Shown piece by piece: positions 49,985-64,000 of a stretch of DNA of 64,000 bases. The first letter of the stretch is position 1. The number at the start of each line of letters is the position of its first letter. The DNA comes from Lingula anatina (taxonomy: Eukaryota > Animalia > Brachiopoda). Location: contig CM120643.1 in the NCBI GenBank assembly GCA_051362555.1, forward strand, positions 21,270,848-21,334,847, in the 5' to 3' direction. The notes under the pieces were generated by a model, which saw only the letters and a program-made list of their open reading frames with translations, was not told where the DNA came from and made no database searches. The position numbers and the translations under genes are program-made.

Positions 49985-52900
49985 CACAAACAATGAAACC
50001 AACACAACAGATAAACTGAATCTTTCCCCTCTCTCCTAAGGTGAACAATTGCTTATACCTGCATACATGGTGGACAAATTAAAGCACAGTGAAAAAAAAA
50101 AAACTGGAAGATAAGGAGTATTTCATTTTAACCAAACCCCTACCTCTCCAAAGTTGATCTCATTGAGGCCATTTGATGTGAGTTCCACTTTGTTCCCAGA
50201 GGAGTCCTCACACATCAGAGTGCAGCTCATGGTGTAGCCCTCGGCTTTCACATTGAGTGTTATGGGAAACGTCTTGCGCTTCACATTGCAAATCACATTA
50301 AAGTTGACCTCCTTATCATTGGTTGGAGTGAAGAACAGGTTGACAGGGAGCCTAGGAGAATGATTTGATGTCATTACTATTAAATAACATTCTTAATAAG
50401 GCCAGAATATACTTATATACTCTATCACTTCTCAATCTTTTTCAGCCATGATAAAATAATAGCTAAACCAAGCAGATCTCACCTGTCCCCAGGCTGTATC
50501 CAGCCACTCATGGGTTCCACTCTGAGATGAGAGGCATAGCCCGCAGAGTGACACGACTCCTCCACAAAGTCAAACTTAAATGCTGTCTCCTCGTTGTTCA
50601 GCATGTACACTGTCTCTATGGCTTCATGCCCTGTGTAGAGAATACAAGTGAGTCCATGAGAAAATCATATATATTGCTATTACTAAACATTTTGTATTCT
50701 AAGAATGTCAGTATTACAAAGATTTTGAAAAACAGACTTGTATTCAAAACTCAGTAATTAAAGTTTAAAGTATAATTAATCATCCAAACACAATATATTA
50801 TAACTTATTTATTTGTTAAGAAACTTTTGAACCATTTTCTATCCAAAAAGCATTTCTTGATTAATTTCTTTTCATCTATAAAGAGTGATGTCCACAAAAT
50901 AAAGAAAATCTCTTTCATTTAACAAGTCAAGAATTCAAAACATTTATTACTAATATGATCTGCCCACACACCATATCACAGACAAGGAGTACTACGTAAT
51001 AGCTAGTTACGCTGGTTTTTATGAAATTTTTTCAAAATTTCTGATTCATACTGCATTTACCTATGAGCAGTGCCTTGTAGTTGAGGTGAGACCTGTCCAG
51101 GGAGATGCTGGGCTCCTTGGTGAAGCCAGCCAGCAGGAAGGGGATGGAGATACTGTGTTCTGGGATAATAAACCTCCAGAAGGATTCCACCACATCCAGT
51201 TCATTAGGGATGAAGTCAAATGTAATCTGAAATTGAAATCAAATTCAGCTATCACAGAATTATACTGTGAGCTCACATTTTCTGCTCATCTTCAATCAAG
51301 GGAATAAACCTATAGATTGAGATATGTTGACTTGATATGTATAAATTAATATGGATGTACTTGAGATACAAAAGGAGAATCCTTTCTGTATGACAAACAG
51401 CTTTTAAAAAACTTAATTTTTTTTAACAGACACAAAATCATTTGAGATTATAACCAAGAAATCATTTTTAAAATGTGAACAAATTCCCCCACCTCATGTT
51501 TCTTTCCACTCCTGACACTGCCCTTGGGCACCAGGCAGTTGAACACAGGGACCTTCTTGGGATCCTGGGCATCTTCATTCACCCACGTAAATGTGAAGGT
51601 GGCGTTAGTGGGATTCACAATGAAGAATTTCCTGAAAGAAAATGGAATATTACCAAAATTATCATTTTGTTAAAGTTACTAATATAAGTTTAAAGTTCTA
51701 TTTATTTATCATATTACAGAAGTCTACAAAATAATCTTACAAAAAAAAAATTAAAACAACTAACATTAAAAGCACTGAAAATATCAATGAAACTAATCAT
51801 ATGTAATACATTTGATTGATATGTCACAAATAGAGGCCCAGGCAATACTTGCAGTAAAAATTCTAAATATCACAAGCAGTGCATACTCTTAAACCCCTTG
51901 AATTTCAATGTAAATCCCAACGGAAAAATCTTATTAAATGATATCACAACTGTTCAAATTTCTTACATCAATCAGCATGGAATTACCTTGTATTCTTGAC
52001 ACCCACACCAATGGAATGGAACTCAATGACCCTGGTATTGGGGTCAAGCGAGGTGCCAGAGGGGGCACCATTGGGGCCAGGGAGTTCAGGGTTCCTCCTG
52101 GCATTGCTGATGTAGTCCGAGTCCTCTAGTTCAAAGTGACAGTAGGGCATGAGACTGCGCCCCTTCACTGCTATCACTGGACCCTGCTTGCCCTCCTCTA
52201 GGTTAGGAACACTGTGGATATAAAATAAAGGTGAAAAAACTGAATAGTAATGTGCATTCACTAAGAATCCCATGCCCAACTTGTACATATAAAGCATTAA
52301 ACTAAAAATAAATCTTCAGGAATCAAGGCGAGGAGCTTAATGTAAATTACCACTGCTTGCTAATTACTTAGGATGAAAAAAGGGAAAAGCTATGATTTAA
52401 AATATTGTACACAGCATAACAGGATTGAATCACAATGTAACTCTGCAAATCATAAGGCTGCATAACAAGAGAGATCCATTATCAGCCATGACCTTGTTCA
52501 CTTCACCAATGTTAGACTGAAGTATCATGTTTACCTCAATACTATCTAACAGCCTGTAGTTAAGATGCTGTCCTGCATATAGATGTTCCATTCATAAATA
52601 TTGCCAGCACTCACCTGCAGATAAGTCTAGCTTCAAACTCATGCACGTCAAGAGGAGAAAACTTGACCTTGAACGTTGCTTTCTTCCCAGCAGCAATGGT
52701 GCCACACTCTGGCTCAATGGAGTATGGAATATAACCAGTACCTATGTCGCTGATGTAACTGGTCACAGAACTGGCGCGGGACTCGGGACGGTCAGGATCT
52801 GTGGCGAATGTGACGGAGCGTGCCATGGGCGAGAAGTTCTCCATGACCACCTGCCAATTGTAGTCCAGCTGGACGCTGCCTTTGTTGTTCATCTGAAACC

Positions 52901-55900
52901 TGGATGAGGAAGAGGAAGATAATGTAGAAGAGGGTAAGATATAAAACAGTAATATATTATACCAATAATAAATTATATTCATAAAATAATGTAGTTCAAT
53001 GCCTGTGAAATATAACAAATTCAAACAGAAAAATTATTTAAATGGAAAACAAAAGAGCAAAATGGCATATTTAATAAAAAGAGAAAAAATTATAAAAGGT
53101 CCACTAGAATATCTGCAACAATATTAACACCTCTGTGACAGATAACAAGCATATCACTTGTCCATAAGTGTACTACATTTTTAACGATGTTTACTACTTA
53201 CTCATAAACTCTGGTCTGGAACATGAGCGTGTCCTTAAACTTGATGGAGTCCAGTTTACACTTGACCTTACAGAAGTCCGAGTTCGCAGACACCAACATG
53301 TCTACAGTGCGTGAGGAGTCAGGAACCTCAGTGAAGGCAGGCTCTGGTTCGGTTTCAATCACTTTCTTCTTGGCTGGTCGTGGTGTGAAGGCAGGGACAG
53401 GTGGTAGTGTGGGGACAGGGGTCTGGGGTTTAGGCTGGCCCTTCTCTGGTGGAGCTGGGGGTGCAGGCTCTACTGGCTGAGCTGGGGGTGGAGGGGTCAC
53501 GTCCACCCACTTTACTGTCCTGAGCCGGTCATCCCAGTCTGATACCTTGAATGTGGACAACAAGGTTAAGATTGCAATTTGAAAAATAGACACTAGAGCT
53601 ATAGAGAAAATAGACACACTCTACACTAGAGCATAAAAGATTAGCATATGCTAATGATTTTGTATCTTTTTTCTATAGCAAAACCAGCCATGCAAACTAC
53701 TTAGTAATCAATAAAGAAACAATTACTCTGATAATTTTCTTCAGTTATACCGGAATATACACACAATTAATGCCTTGTTGCAGAAAAACCATTACTGTGA
53801 TATGGACTAATTAAAACTTATCACAACTGTGCACAGACAACTTGTAAATCCTTTTTTGACTGAGATCTAAAAACCTTCACAAAACTTGAACCCTTACCTG
53901 GTTGACTGGCTTGTCAAAGGTCACCTTGGTCACCCTGCATGGTACTGGGGACTCATTAAGAGATTTGGGCTCTCCTGTTTTGAATGTTACTGTCATGTCC
54001 TTGGACACGCCAGCGTGGAGATGACCAACTTTAGGTGAGAAGGTCAGTTGGTCATGGTCTGGCCACTGGAACCTAACACAGTCAGTCTTGGAGTGGTTGG
54101 TCATTGTGAAGGTCAAGGTTCTTGGCTCGTTGATGTAGCAGTCGCCAAAGTGGACATGATTGGACTTGGCAGCTAGACAGCAAAAAAAGTAATGGGTCAT
54201 TTAGAGTAACAGAGTTGGGTTAAGTATTTTAATTAGTCAAAATACACTTCTTACCTAATTACACCCAACATTTAATATCAAAATTTTATCAAAACACTTC
54301 TTTATTTCATAAAGGTTCTATGTACAAGGTCTCAGATATATAGAATTTGTTATATGCCCCCTGTATAATAACTTACCCTCTACATCCTCTTCAGCCATAT
54401 TGCCTTCCTCTTTCTCTGGGTCCACAGGCATCACCACGCTGTGGATGTTATCCAGAGTGATGTCATCCTCATATCCCTCCCCAACCAGCTGAATGACCGA
54501 ATCCTCGTACTGGTTGTCCACCACGGCCAGTCTGACGTGGGCAGTTGACCGCTGGGCCAGGGTAGGCTTGAAGATGACATCAAAGGAGGCACTCTCCTCT
54601 ACATTGACCACCACAGAGGCTGTGTGAGGCCTCTTTAGACCATCTGATGATATAAATAATAACTGGTATTAATTGCTGTTCATGATTTTGTTTACTGTAA
54701 AATTGTACAATGATGGACTCTTAAACTTCACTGCATAGACTATAATAAAATATTATATTAAAAAAATATATTTAAAAAATCACATTCTTTCTTATAATTA
54801 CATATATCAAGGAACATACTCATAATACACAGATTATAGACATTGTTTCTAGGTTTAGGATGATCATCCCAATCCAAATCTTAAGGTTTTATTTACTCTT
54901 CCTTATCTTGACTTAAAAAGAAAAATAGTGACTGAAGCCTTACCGTCTTCCCCATCAGCCATGATGGCCCTGGTGTTTCCTGTGGGCTTCATGGAGAAGC
55001 AACCATCTGGGTCCACAAGATCTATGTCAACCTGGGATGAAAAAATTATTTTTATATTTAACTTCATTAGTTAATAGATATTTGTTTCCATATTATGTGC
55101 CATTCTTTTTAAATATTACATCAACTGAAGTGCTAATAAATGTTTTGTTCATGTAATAAATACACCAATTTAGGTTAACTATTATCTGTTATTATCTTTT
55201 CGCCTCCAAACATTTATTAATTAATATCACATTAAATCTGATTCTATATCTATAAAAATACTTTTTAATGCCATGTGGGATTCTTTTGCTATATTGACAC
55301 CCACCTTGCTGGGCAAAGTCCCATCATTCACCAGCAATAATGGCATCCTCTCATTTCGTCCAATCAGGATCTTCCTGAACAAAATCAATGGTTGGCCCTT
55401 CTTGTTGCGCACCGTGGGCTTCATGATAGTAATACGAGGGAGGTTGCCTTCACCTGCCACCTCAAACACCAAGTTTCGCCCTTTAGCCTGTTGTTGTGGT
55501 ATGCCCTCAATGGATGCCTCAAACATGGCATTAAAAGCCTGCATGGATGGTGGGGTGAATGTGACTGTAGCATACATGTGACTGTGACTTGAGATTTGAC
55601 CCCTGACAGGTTCTACCTCGAAGATATCTTGGTGCTTGGAGCTATGGCGGCTTGCCACTGGTCGCACAGAGAAGGCGACATCACATGGTACCTGAGGTAA
55701 GGGGAAATATTACAATCATGATAGATTCTTGAGAAAATTAATTCAATGGAGCAAAATGTGTCACTGTTAAATGCCTCAATAGTTGATTTTGCCGAACTGT
55801 CAATGATTTATCACTTTGATTTATTGCAACCTTAACGATTAAAATCATCTACAGGAATTAAACACAATTAAACTAACTGACACACAATGAAATTCTACAG

Positions 55901-58900
55901 CAGCAACCAAGAATACCAAAGTTTGTTACATGTACGAACAGCATCGATTTATCAATTCCCTACTGGGCTTACCTTGTTGGTATTGGTAATCTTGAAGCGT
56001 GCTCTGGCTTTGCGGCCTACAATGACATTCTGGAACACAAACTTGTTCTCATCTTCCCCATATACTCCACCACTCTCCAGCTGAAATGTGAGAGGTAACA
56101 ATAAAGAAGGATTTAAAAGTGCAAGAGATCAAACTCAACATTATGAATTGAAGTTTTTGTAATGTTTTTTTTGGATGAATGTTTTGTTTGTTTTTTTTTT
56201 AGTTCAGCAACTGTTGCATAGATTATGTGTCACTGAGTCAAATACACTCACATGTCAATAAGTATAGATGCTCACATACCTGAGTACATGCACAAATACA
56301 CAACACTGATGCAAGTCATGTACTAGTATGTGTATACATCCATTATACATACAGTCAAAACAATGTGCATGAAACACACTGAATTTAATATTCACCTGGT
56401 GACTGTGCTGCCAGACAGACAAGTTCTTACAGATCCTGTGCTCCTCAAAGATGGACCCCACATCAGCCAGGTTGATGGAGGGAATGCAGGCCTCTGCCAT
56501 CAGCCGATAGGGGATGCCCGTGGGATTATCAGAGGGGTCCTTGTCACTGATTTCAATGGCAATGTCCTATAATTGTCAAAGAATAATAAACATATAGTAA
56601 TGCTGCTCACTGAAAATTGTGGTTCACATTATAAGGTGCAGTTGTTAACACAGAGGTTATATTTACTTGTAATATTCAGACACTAAAATAAATGTTATAT
56701 GAAGTGTAAGGAAAAATGTGTCTAGAGTCAGATACAATATTGGATTTCATGCATGCATGGCCAAAATAAGACATTGTTACCATTTTACAATATTTTGTAT
56801 CTAGGTGCTGTGGCCTTTGAAAACAATTTTAAATAATTTCATATTTTATATTTTATTTCATCTTATTTTATTCATAAAATTATAAATTAACCTCTCCACC
56901 CACCTCATCACACCTGCCGGGCTGTTCAGCAATACAGTCCACATTGATGACCTGTTGACCATTGGGCAGTATGATACCATAGGCTGGGAAAATGGTGAAC
57001 ATGCCCAGGATGAGACGGGACTGACCACCACCGCCCACACCCAGGTCCTGTCTGTAAACATCAAGTGACCACAATGTATTAATAGGAATGGATTCCAGAC
57101 ACAGTGTGTTTCTGTGTTATTTACTAAATGTGCTGCCAAAGATTATACATTGTATTGTTCTTTCTGACATTGTGGAATGTCTCATCCTGACATATAATAT
57201 TATGTCACAGCTAATTCTTCACAAACATTTCCAGTTGTTTATGGGTACATTTCACACCATGTTTTTTTCTGGTGTAGCATTTAAAAAAGCAAAAAAAAGT
57301 ATGAAAAGCAAATAATGCATAGTTGAGGTAACTAATCAGCTAAATAAGCCTACCTATAGAATGCCCTTGATTTAGGCTGTGGCTTAATTTGGTATTGACT
57401 GCCTACTTCACTACTGTTAGCATGCACACACAAAGGGAGAGAAAGAGTGAGAGAGAAGAGAAAGAAGATAAGAACACATTGTTAAGTACAAGAACTAGCC
57501 AACAGATCAAAATTGATATGAAAGACTTCATAAAAGTGGTTTAAGAAAAAGCAAAATACCTGGGATTATAGAAATATGTGCACTGATAAAATCATATTGA
57601 GTCATGCTAGTATATCTATGGTTTGACTAAAATAAGCAGTTCATTTTAAATAGTCAAAGATACAGTACAAGGGTCAAAAGGCACCAAATATCTTCTATTT
57701 TCTTTTGCCAAAGTTAATGACCCGACACATCATTCTGGTGAAATATTTGTTTGTAAATGTGAGGCTGGAGGATAAGATTTACAAAGCAAAAAATAAAGCA
57801 ATTCTTAAAAGTGTCTATGCATATAGCTGTATAACTGTGATAAGCATGGGGTTCACATGATCATACAAGAATTATACATGTAAACCTCAATCAACAGTAT
57901 ATGTGTGTGGATAAGTGTCGAATGCTATTTTACCTGACAGACTCTGTCTTCTTAGGTTTGACAACAGAGCGACCAGAACTGGAGCCATCTCTAGACTTGG
58001 TACGCTTGGCATCTTTGTCTTTTCCAGCTCTGGAAAAAAATCATTAATTTGCAAAATTAATATCTGTCATTAATAAAGTGAATTGCACACTTGGCATTGT
58101 GTACATGCACTACACAAAACCAATATTATTTCTTCTTTTATTTAAGACGATACAATGTTTTAAAAAGTGCCTGACACAAGTAAGATACATATACACTTTT
58201 TTTTATTAAAGAAACTGGTTAAATAGGAAAAAAAACACCCACTCTGTTGCATCCCCTTGTTCTTTCAACAACCCATCCCAACCTCCACCCATCACCCACC
58301 CTCCAACCATATACAACAGGTAGCAGAACAGCTACATAGAGAAAGAAGTCGAGCACCCTTCTCTTACCCTCTCGATCTGTGTGCAACCTCCTTGTCTTTC
58401 TCTCTGACCATCTTAGCCACAGTGTACTTGAAGTCAAACTCTCCCTTGTTCTCTATGGTGAAAGTACGTGACTTCTTACTGTTCACCAGGAGAGCTCCAA
58501 AGTTCATGTCCGTCACAGGGTAGATGTTGTATCTGAAATAAATATAAAATAAAATATTTAACAACTGAGAAATTGATTGAGGTACAACAAAAAATAAAAT
58601 GGAACATCTTTGAAAAAATGCTATAATATCTTTCACCAATTTTAGTGCAACAATTTCTAGTAAATAAATAAATAATAAATAATGTACATATCAATACTTA
58701 CTTGCTAAAGACAGCCTTGACAGTGATCTTGACAGGAATGCTGGCTATGACCTCCCCGCCGTCGCCATAGTTTGGTTCAATCACCTGACATCTCAAGATA
58801 GGCTGGTCCCTGATCCAGCACTCCTGACGAGAGCGGAACACCACAGAGACAGGAGTGGGGCGATCTACAGGGCTGAGAGTGGCCTTGGCTGGACTGATGC

Positions 58901-61900
58901 TGAACAGGTTGTGGACGTCCTTGGTGGCTGGGTCATCAGTGGGCTCAAAGGTGAAACTGGAGGAGAAAAGAGGATTTGATGACTGCTTATGATGTGATGC
59001 ACACAATGATATATTCTCAGCAGAATTATAATTATTTCAAATTTTAAATCTAAGACACAATTATTACATTACTACAATTATCAATATTATTACAACTACA
59101 ACAAATTACATATTTCATAATTGCTCTACTTTAACAAATCCATAAAACATCACTGACAAACTACATGCTGTAAGTATCAACTATGACCTAATACAACCTT
59201 TGACATCAATCTAATCTATGACCTCACCTGTACTGAATCTCATATTTCCCCTTGTTCTTCAGGGAGATCTGCTGCTTGGACTCTTCCATAACTCTCAATG
59301 CTCCAAAGTCAATGCCACCATCTGCCCCTTTCGGGAAGCTCATGTCAAGAGCCACATCATAAGCTTCAGCGTGCACCTGGATGGTCTCTGTGTACACCAT
59401 ACCCATGAATCCCTCTGCATCCATGATCTAGACAGAAAAAGTCAATTGAATATCAGCAAAATAAGATGAGAAAAATAATATATTTATCAAATTAATATCT
59501 TGACTTAGAATACATTATCTAATTTAAACCTAGGAATCATAATAACTAAATGTGGATTTCTGAAAATCAAAATTATCTAATAAAAATCATAAATCTGGTG
59601 ATAAAAAATTACAAAAAAATAAATGTATGTACATAAAAATTTAATGGAAAAAATTAAATAGCATTAGAAATTCGATTCAGTTTTAACATCAATGAAACTT
59701 CAATGGGGAATACTCACATGCAGCCTGATGACCTTCTTACTGGTCACAGTGGCTTTGGTGGCCCTGAAATGGGCATGTAGTGCAAACTCTGACTTGGGCT
59801 GGATGATACCACTTTCCTGTGACACAGAGAAGTCATCCCCCAGGCTCTCCAGGCCATCTATCTTCCAGGCCACAGGGAGGAGGGTGCTGTTCCTCAGGTA
59901 GATGGTCTTTGTGTCCTTCCTGGAATATTCATAAATATCAACATTGTTTTAATTTGTTTAAAATAGATAATTATTAAAAATGATATATCAATAAATATCA
60001 TTTGTGTAATCAGAAAATTCATTTTAAAAAGTATAAGTTCAGTGACTTTTCTGTGTTTTCATGAAATCAACATATCAAAAAAAAAATAATAATAATCAAA
60101 TGGGAAAATAAATTATAAGCAAGAAACTTGAACAAACTTTCATCAAAACTCTTACAATCATGCTTGGAACAGATTTCTTCGTTTTTTATTTATTCTTTTT
60201 TATAGTTATCTTTTTAAAAATTTTTCTTTTAATCTTTTTTTCAGTTTACAATCCTTAATGTGTTGTGCCACATACCTGTGAAGCAGAACTTTCTCAAACA
60301 ACAGCTGTTTCTTATCCAGCTCCAGCTCAGGTCTGACTCCATGACAAGACACCTTGAATGTGACAGGCTCTGGATTCTCTCTGATACAACACACAATGGT
60401 GTCCTCATAGAAACCAGCTGTCTTGGGGTACGCCCAGATAGACAGTTCCTAGAAAATATATCCATATTTCATAAAGCAATGAAAAACTGACCCATATTTT
60501 GTCCATGTAATTAACAATAGTAGATTTTGTAATAAATATTGAAATAAAATGCTAATTACACTTGGCTTATACTATACATAGCCGCATGTCTGAATTCAAA
60601 TGCCTGTGCCTTTCTCACCTGGAAAACAATGTTGAGTTATTGCATAAATACTCTGTCTAATCAATAATAAATAAATAAAACAAAACAGAGTAGATCACAG
60701 GAAATTATGAATAAAATCAGTTTTTACCTGTGACTCCCCAGGTTTCAGCAACATGGTGGGCGGGTCAAGGAGGAAGGTCTCAGCCTTGCTGTCATTATAG
60801 TAACAGAAACTAATGTCAGCGTCCAGCGGAGAGGTGTTCATGATAGTCATCTTCTCCATGTGCTCTGGGAACTTGCCTTCTTTTATCCTTAAACAAAATA
60901 GTGAAATGTAATACAAATGTGATAGCATGTAATTGTTATAAATGTGATGAAACACAATTGTTGTAAGTACAATAAACTTGTGATAACATACAAGGACATT
61001 TAAGACAAAAAGGGAGGCACATAAATAAGCATAACAGATGACAAAAACATTTATATTTTGTTAATTTTTTAATTTTACAACATAAGATCAAACCTTTTTA
61101 AGTGTTTATATTTCAGTTCATAGAGACCAAAGCAGCAGTACTTACACACGACACAAATGGATGAAAAATGTAACAAATTATCAATTCAAATTTAACTATC
61201 TCTATGTCACTCTTTTACTTACTTGTCTCTTGGCTTTCCAACAAGCAGAGGTCCAAACTCAAACACCTCATTCATGAGGATGTATTTCTTTGACACTATT
61301 TCATCACTCTTCTTGTTCTTCTTGCGGTGTTGAAACACAATCCTGTTAAAGTAAAAATAATACTACCTCGAAACATCCTTGGAAATCTTTATCATATGGC
61401 TTTCAAATACCTATTTCAATTATTATTTGCTAATTGTGTTAAAGGTATCAGAAAACTGCTTGTCTAAATCCAAATAAACTAGACCTATGATGAAATCCAC
61501 AGATATTAAATTTTTTAATCTGAAAATTTTATGCTTAGATTTGCACAAGCCAGCTCAGAGTAGAAATTTTGAAAATTACATCCTTTCACTTTACATACAA
61601 AGCCTATCAATAAACCCAACTCCCTACCTTGGCTCTCTGCTGATATTAGGGAAGGCACAGATCCCTCTGCAGTACAGCTGGTATCTGCGGCGGGTACCAA
61701 CTATCTCAAAGTTCAGCGTCTGGTCAAACTGACCCAGTTCCTCTGATAAAAACCTCAGCCTGATGGTCACCTCCCCATTGGCCGGGATGACCCAGCGGAA
61801 AGTGCCCAGCTTGGGGTTCTTGGCATCCCCACCATCTCCGATTGTGCTAGAAAGCAAAATGACAGGAGTAAGATGTCAATGATAATGAATACGTGACAGT

Positions 61901-63950
61901 TATACAAAAATTCAACTACTAATGCACTGTTATTGTAGTAATCTTTATTATTTTGGTGCATAAAATCTGTCTCACACAAATTATAACAGATTCTGAATAA
62001 GAGTTAAAAGTGAGCATCAATTTTGGCCTCTAATATCTGGTCTCCTTTATTAATAAACAGTCAGAAATGTTGCCTCCTAATTATTTTACCTGAAGCAATT
62101 TGCTTCCTATTCTATGCTTCAAATTGCCAATGATTATAACCTACAATTTTTTTTGTCCCTCCCCTGGATATCCCAATACTGTCCAATCCTCAACCTACCT
62201 AGCTTGGTCAGCGTCCATAATGGGGGTCACAGACCCGGGTGGGGGTGAGGCAGCCCCACTAGTGGATCCCTTCCTTCCTCCCTTCTTCCCAGCACTGGTC
62301 TTTCTCTGTGCCTTCTGGCTCTCGGCTCCAGCCCTGAGTTTTTCAGCCTTGGAGCCCTTGGTGCTCTTGGTGGGAGTTGTGTGGTCTTCCTTGCTCTTGT
62401 CTGGGGTCACTGACTTCTCTTCCTCAGGCTCAGGCTCCTTGGGTTTTTCCTCAGAGGCTATGTTACTGGAATACAGATATAAAATACATTAATTTGGTAT
62501 CTCGGCCATGGTTAGGTGGTGCTTTAAGTTGATATCAGCCATCAAAATAACAATGAGGTCAGTCTTCTAAAACGCAATGCTTTATGGCAAAAGTCAGGAG
62601 ATGGTGGCCCTACACTGGCTGATGATGGAAAGATGAAAATGAATGGCCTTGGTTGAAAAGTCACTGTATGGTAGTTAAAAAGACATGAACTAGAGCTTTT
62701 CATACTGACCCAAACAGGCACCAATAACTCAAAATTATAATTTTATTACAAACAAGTGCCTAATGAAACTACATTTGTAACTTACTGATTATCAAATAGG
62801 GGACAGATGCTTCAAATGATTCTTGATCACATCTACATCTCCAGTTTTGGAAAAAGTGTGACAGTCACTAAGTCACTGAGTAACTTTGAAATAATAGTCT
62901 CAGTAGTGCAATAAAAGTTTTACTTACGGATCATCAGCAGATGCAGCTACAAAGACATAGTGGCTGCTGGGCTCTGTGTCTCCTGGGGCACGTCTCTTTA
63001 CTGGATATGGCACCACAGCAAATTCTGCTGGGGGTGGCACTGGGGGTCCATTAGGTCCCAGGCCTAACCCATCCAGGATCTATCACAAAAATTATAATGG
63101 TCAACCATACATATATACTTGCCACTATGCAGAAAAATTACTGTTAAAAAGCATCACTTTATTTGATAAACTTCTCAATTTAGAACAAAGGGTATATCCA
63201 CCATCTTATAATTCTAGCAGTCATCCTAAACTGCCCTGCCCCAAAACAACAGCAACATACTCCAAAGAACCCTGTCCTTCCTTCTGCATACTATCCCAAT
63301 TATATCCCTCTACACCCCCCCTCCAACCCATCCCTACACATCCCTGTGTCCTACATAACTCTAGCACCACTACAATGGCTCTTTGTACATCGTCCAAAGT
63401 GCCCTCCTCCACTACATTGCCTTAATTTTACCTTCTTTCCCATACTACCCCCATCCCCACACTACCCTGTCCCCTATACTGCCCACCCCTACCACCTCTC
63501 CCCCACCCCCAACACACTCTGCCCACTATACTGCCACTCCCCCAATCCCTAAACACCCCCGTCCCTCTCTCCATCCACGCACCTCTTGCACAGTGGGCAG
63601 TTTCTTGTTCTCCAGTATCTGTGGCCCAGGCTGGTCTATGTCTGTACAGTCCAGGAGGATGTGGGGGATACCAATGCCATCAAGACGGGGTTTCTCAGGC
63701 TCTGGCTCTGCAGCTTCTTCACCTTCTTCTGTCTCAGCAGCCTGTGAAAGGAAGCATATACATGTTATTACATTATCATTATTATGATCATTATTTTCTA
63801 TTATTTCTATTCTCTTTTTTTATTTGGCAAGGAGGTACAGAGAGTGATTGTTCAGTAACTTTGTCATTCTTACCTCTTTTGCACTCTTCTCTGCTTCACT
63901 TTTGTCTTCTTTGTGACCCTTCCCTTTCTCCTTGTCATGCTTATCCTTAT
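43117..63950 (-). CDS. HYDIN: Hydrocephalus-inducing protein homolog (axonemal central-pair protein), 3' portion; gene continues beyond the window
   Basis: More than 30 GT-AG exons encoding repeated ASH/Ig-like domains with HYDIN-typical segments (KVSCHGVRPELELDKKQLLFEKVLLHR, AEAYDVALDMSFPKGADGGIDFG, WDDRLRTVKWVD, GRSLMPYCHFELEDSDYI, PKPQGPF, QWVYYLKGITP*). Example exons: 43117-43602, 43868-44092, 44625-44855, 45210-45360, 45736-45899, 46336-46629, 46990-47125, 47453-47622, 47947-48216, 48499-48697, 49010-49179, 49496-49720 ... 63874-63950. Phases were consistent where checked. Confidence 0.96.
44346..44602. repeat. Minisatellite, about 4 copies of a ~66-bp unit, in a HYDIN intron
   Basis: Repeated caaagcatccctaacaatgRRataacaggcatgtgagtatatcYatccctgta...gtgtatt. 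Confidence 0.85.
49917..49981. repeat. (CA)n microsatellite
   Basis: Direct inspection, ~32 units. Confidence 0.95.
57354..57413 (-). CDS. HYDIN: Putative 60-nt in-frame cassette exon of HYDIN
   Basis: Long polypyrimidine tract, then tgctaacag| t agt gaa gta ggc agt caa tac caa att aag cca cag cct aaa tca agg gca ttc tat ag |gtaggc. It is phase 2-2 like the flanking exons and has no stop in frame. Confidence 0.6.
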
Positions 63951-64000
63951 CTGCAATAATGGATAAAAAATTAAATAATAAATGTCAATGATTAAGAATA

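Noticed and set aside
43157-63959. Numerous plus-strand ORFs over the HYDIN region
   Set aside because: They are antisense shadows of HYDIN exons or low-complexity intron sequence, with no independent gene structure.

Overview
AT-rich, intron-containing DNA from an invertebrate animal. The HYDIN sequence, repeat content and frequent TACATGTA suggest a lophotrochozoan such as a mollusc, but this is only an inference. The first ~37.6 kb is a head-to-tail tandem array of four paralogous 10-exon genes on the + strand: one 5'-truncated by the window edge and three complete and intact (about 526, 529 and 541 aa from manual splicing). They encode FAD-linked oxidases of the VAO/PCMH family related to L-gulonolactone oxidase/ALO, with the GSAH covalent-FAD histidine and the C-terminal HWGK motif, but the aldonolactone-binding Glu appears to be replaced. 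About 1 kb downstream on the same strand is a 4-5 exon PAPS-dependent sulfotransferase of the Sulfotransfer_3 (bacterial Stf3-like) type, ~400 aa. Convergent with it is the 3' half of HYDIN (- strand, 43.1 kb to the window end). Introns carry a decayed Tc1 transposon, two LINE remnants, several MITE-like or palindromic elements and a hammerhead-like motif. The leading hypothesis is an animal oxidase + sulfotransferase specialised-metabolism cluster that is diversifying by duplication and gene conversion. All exon calls were made by eye and no database searches were run.
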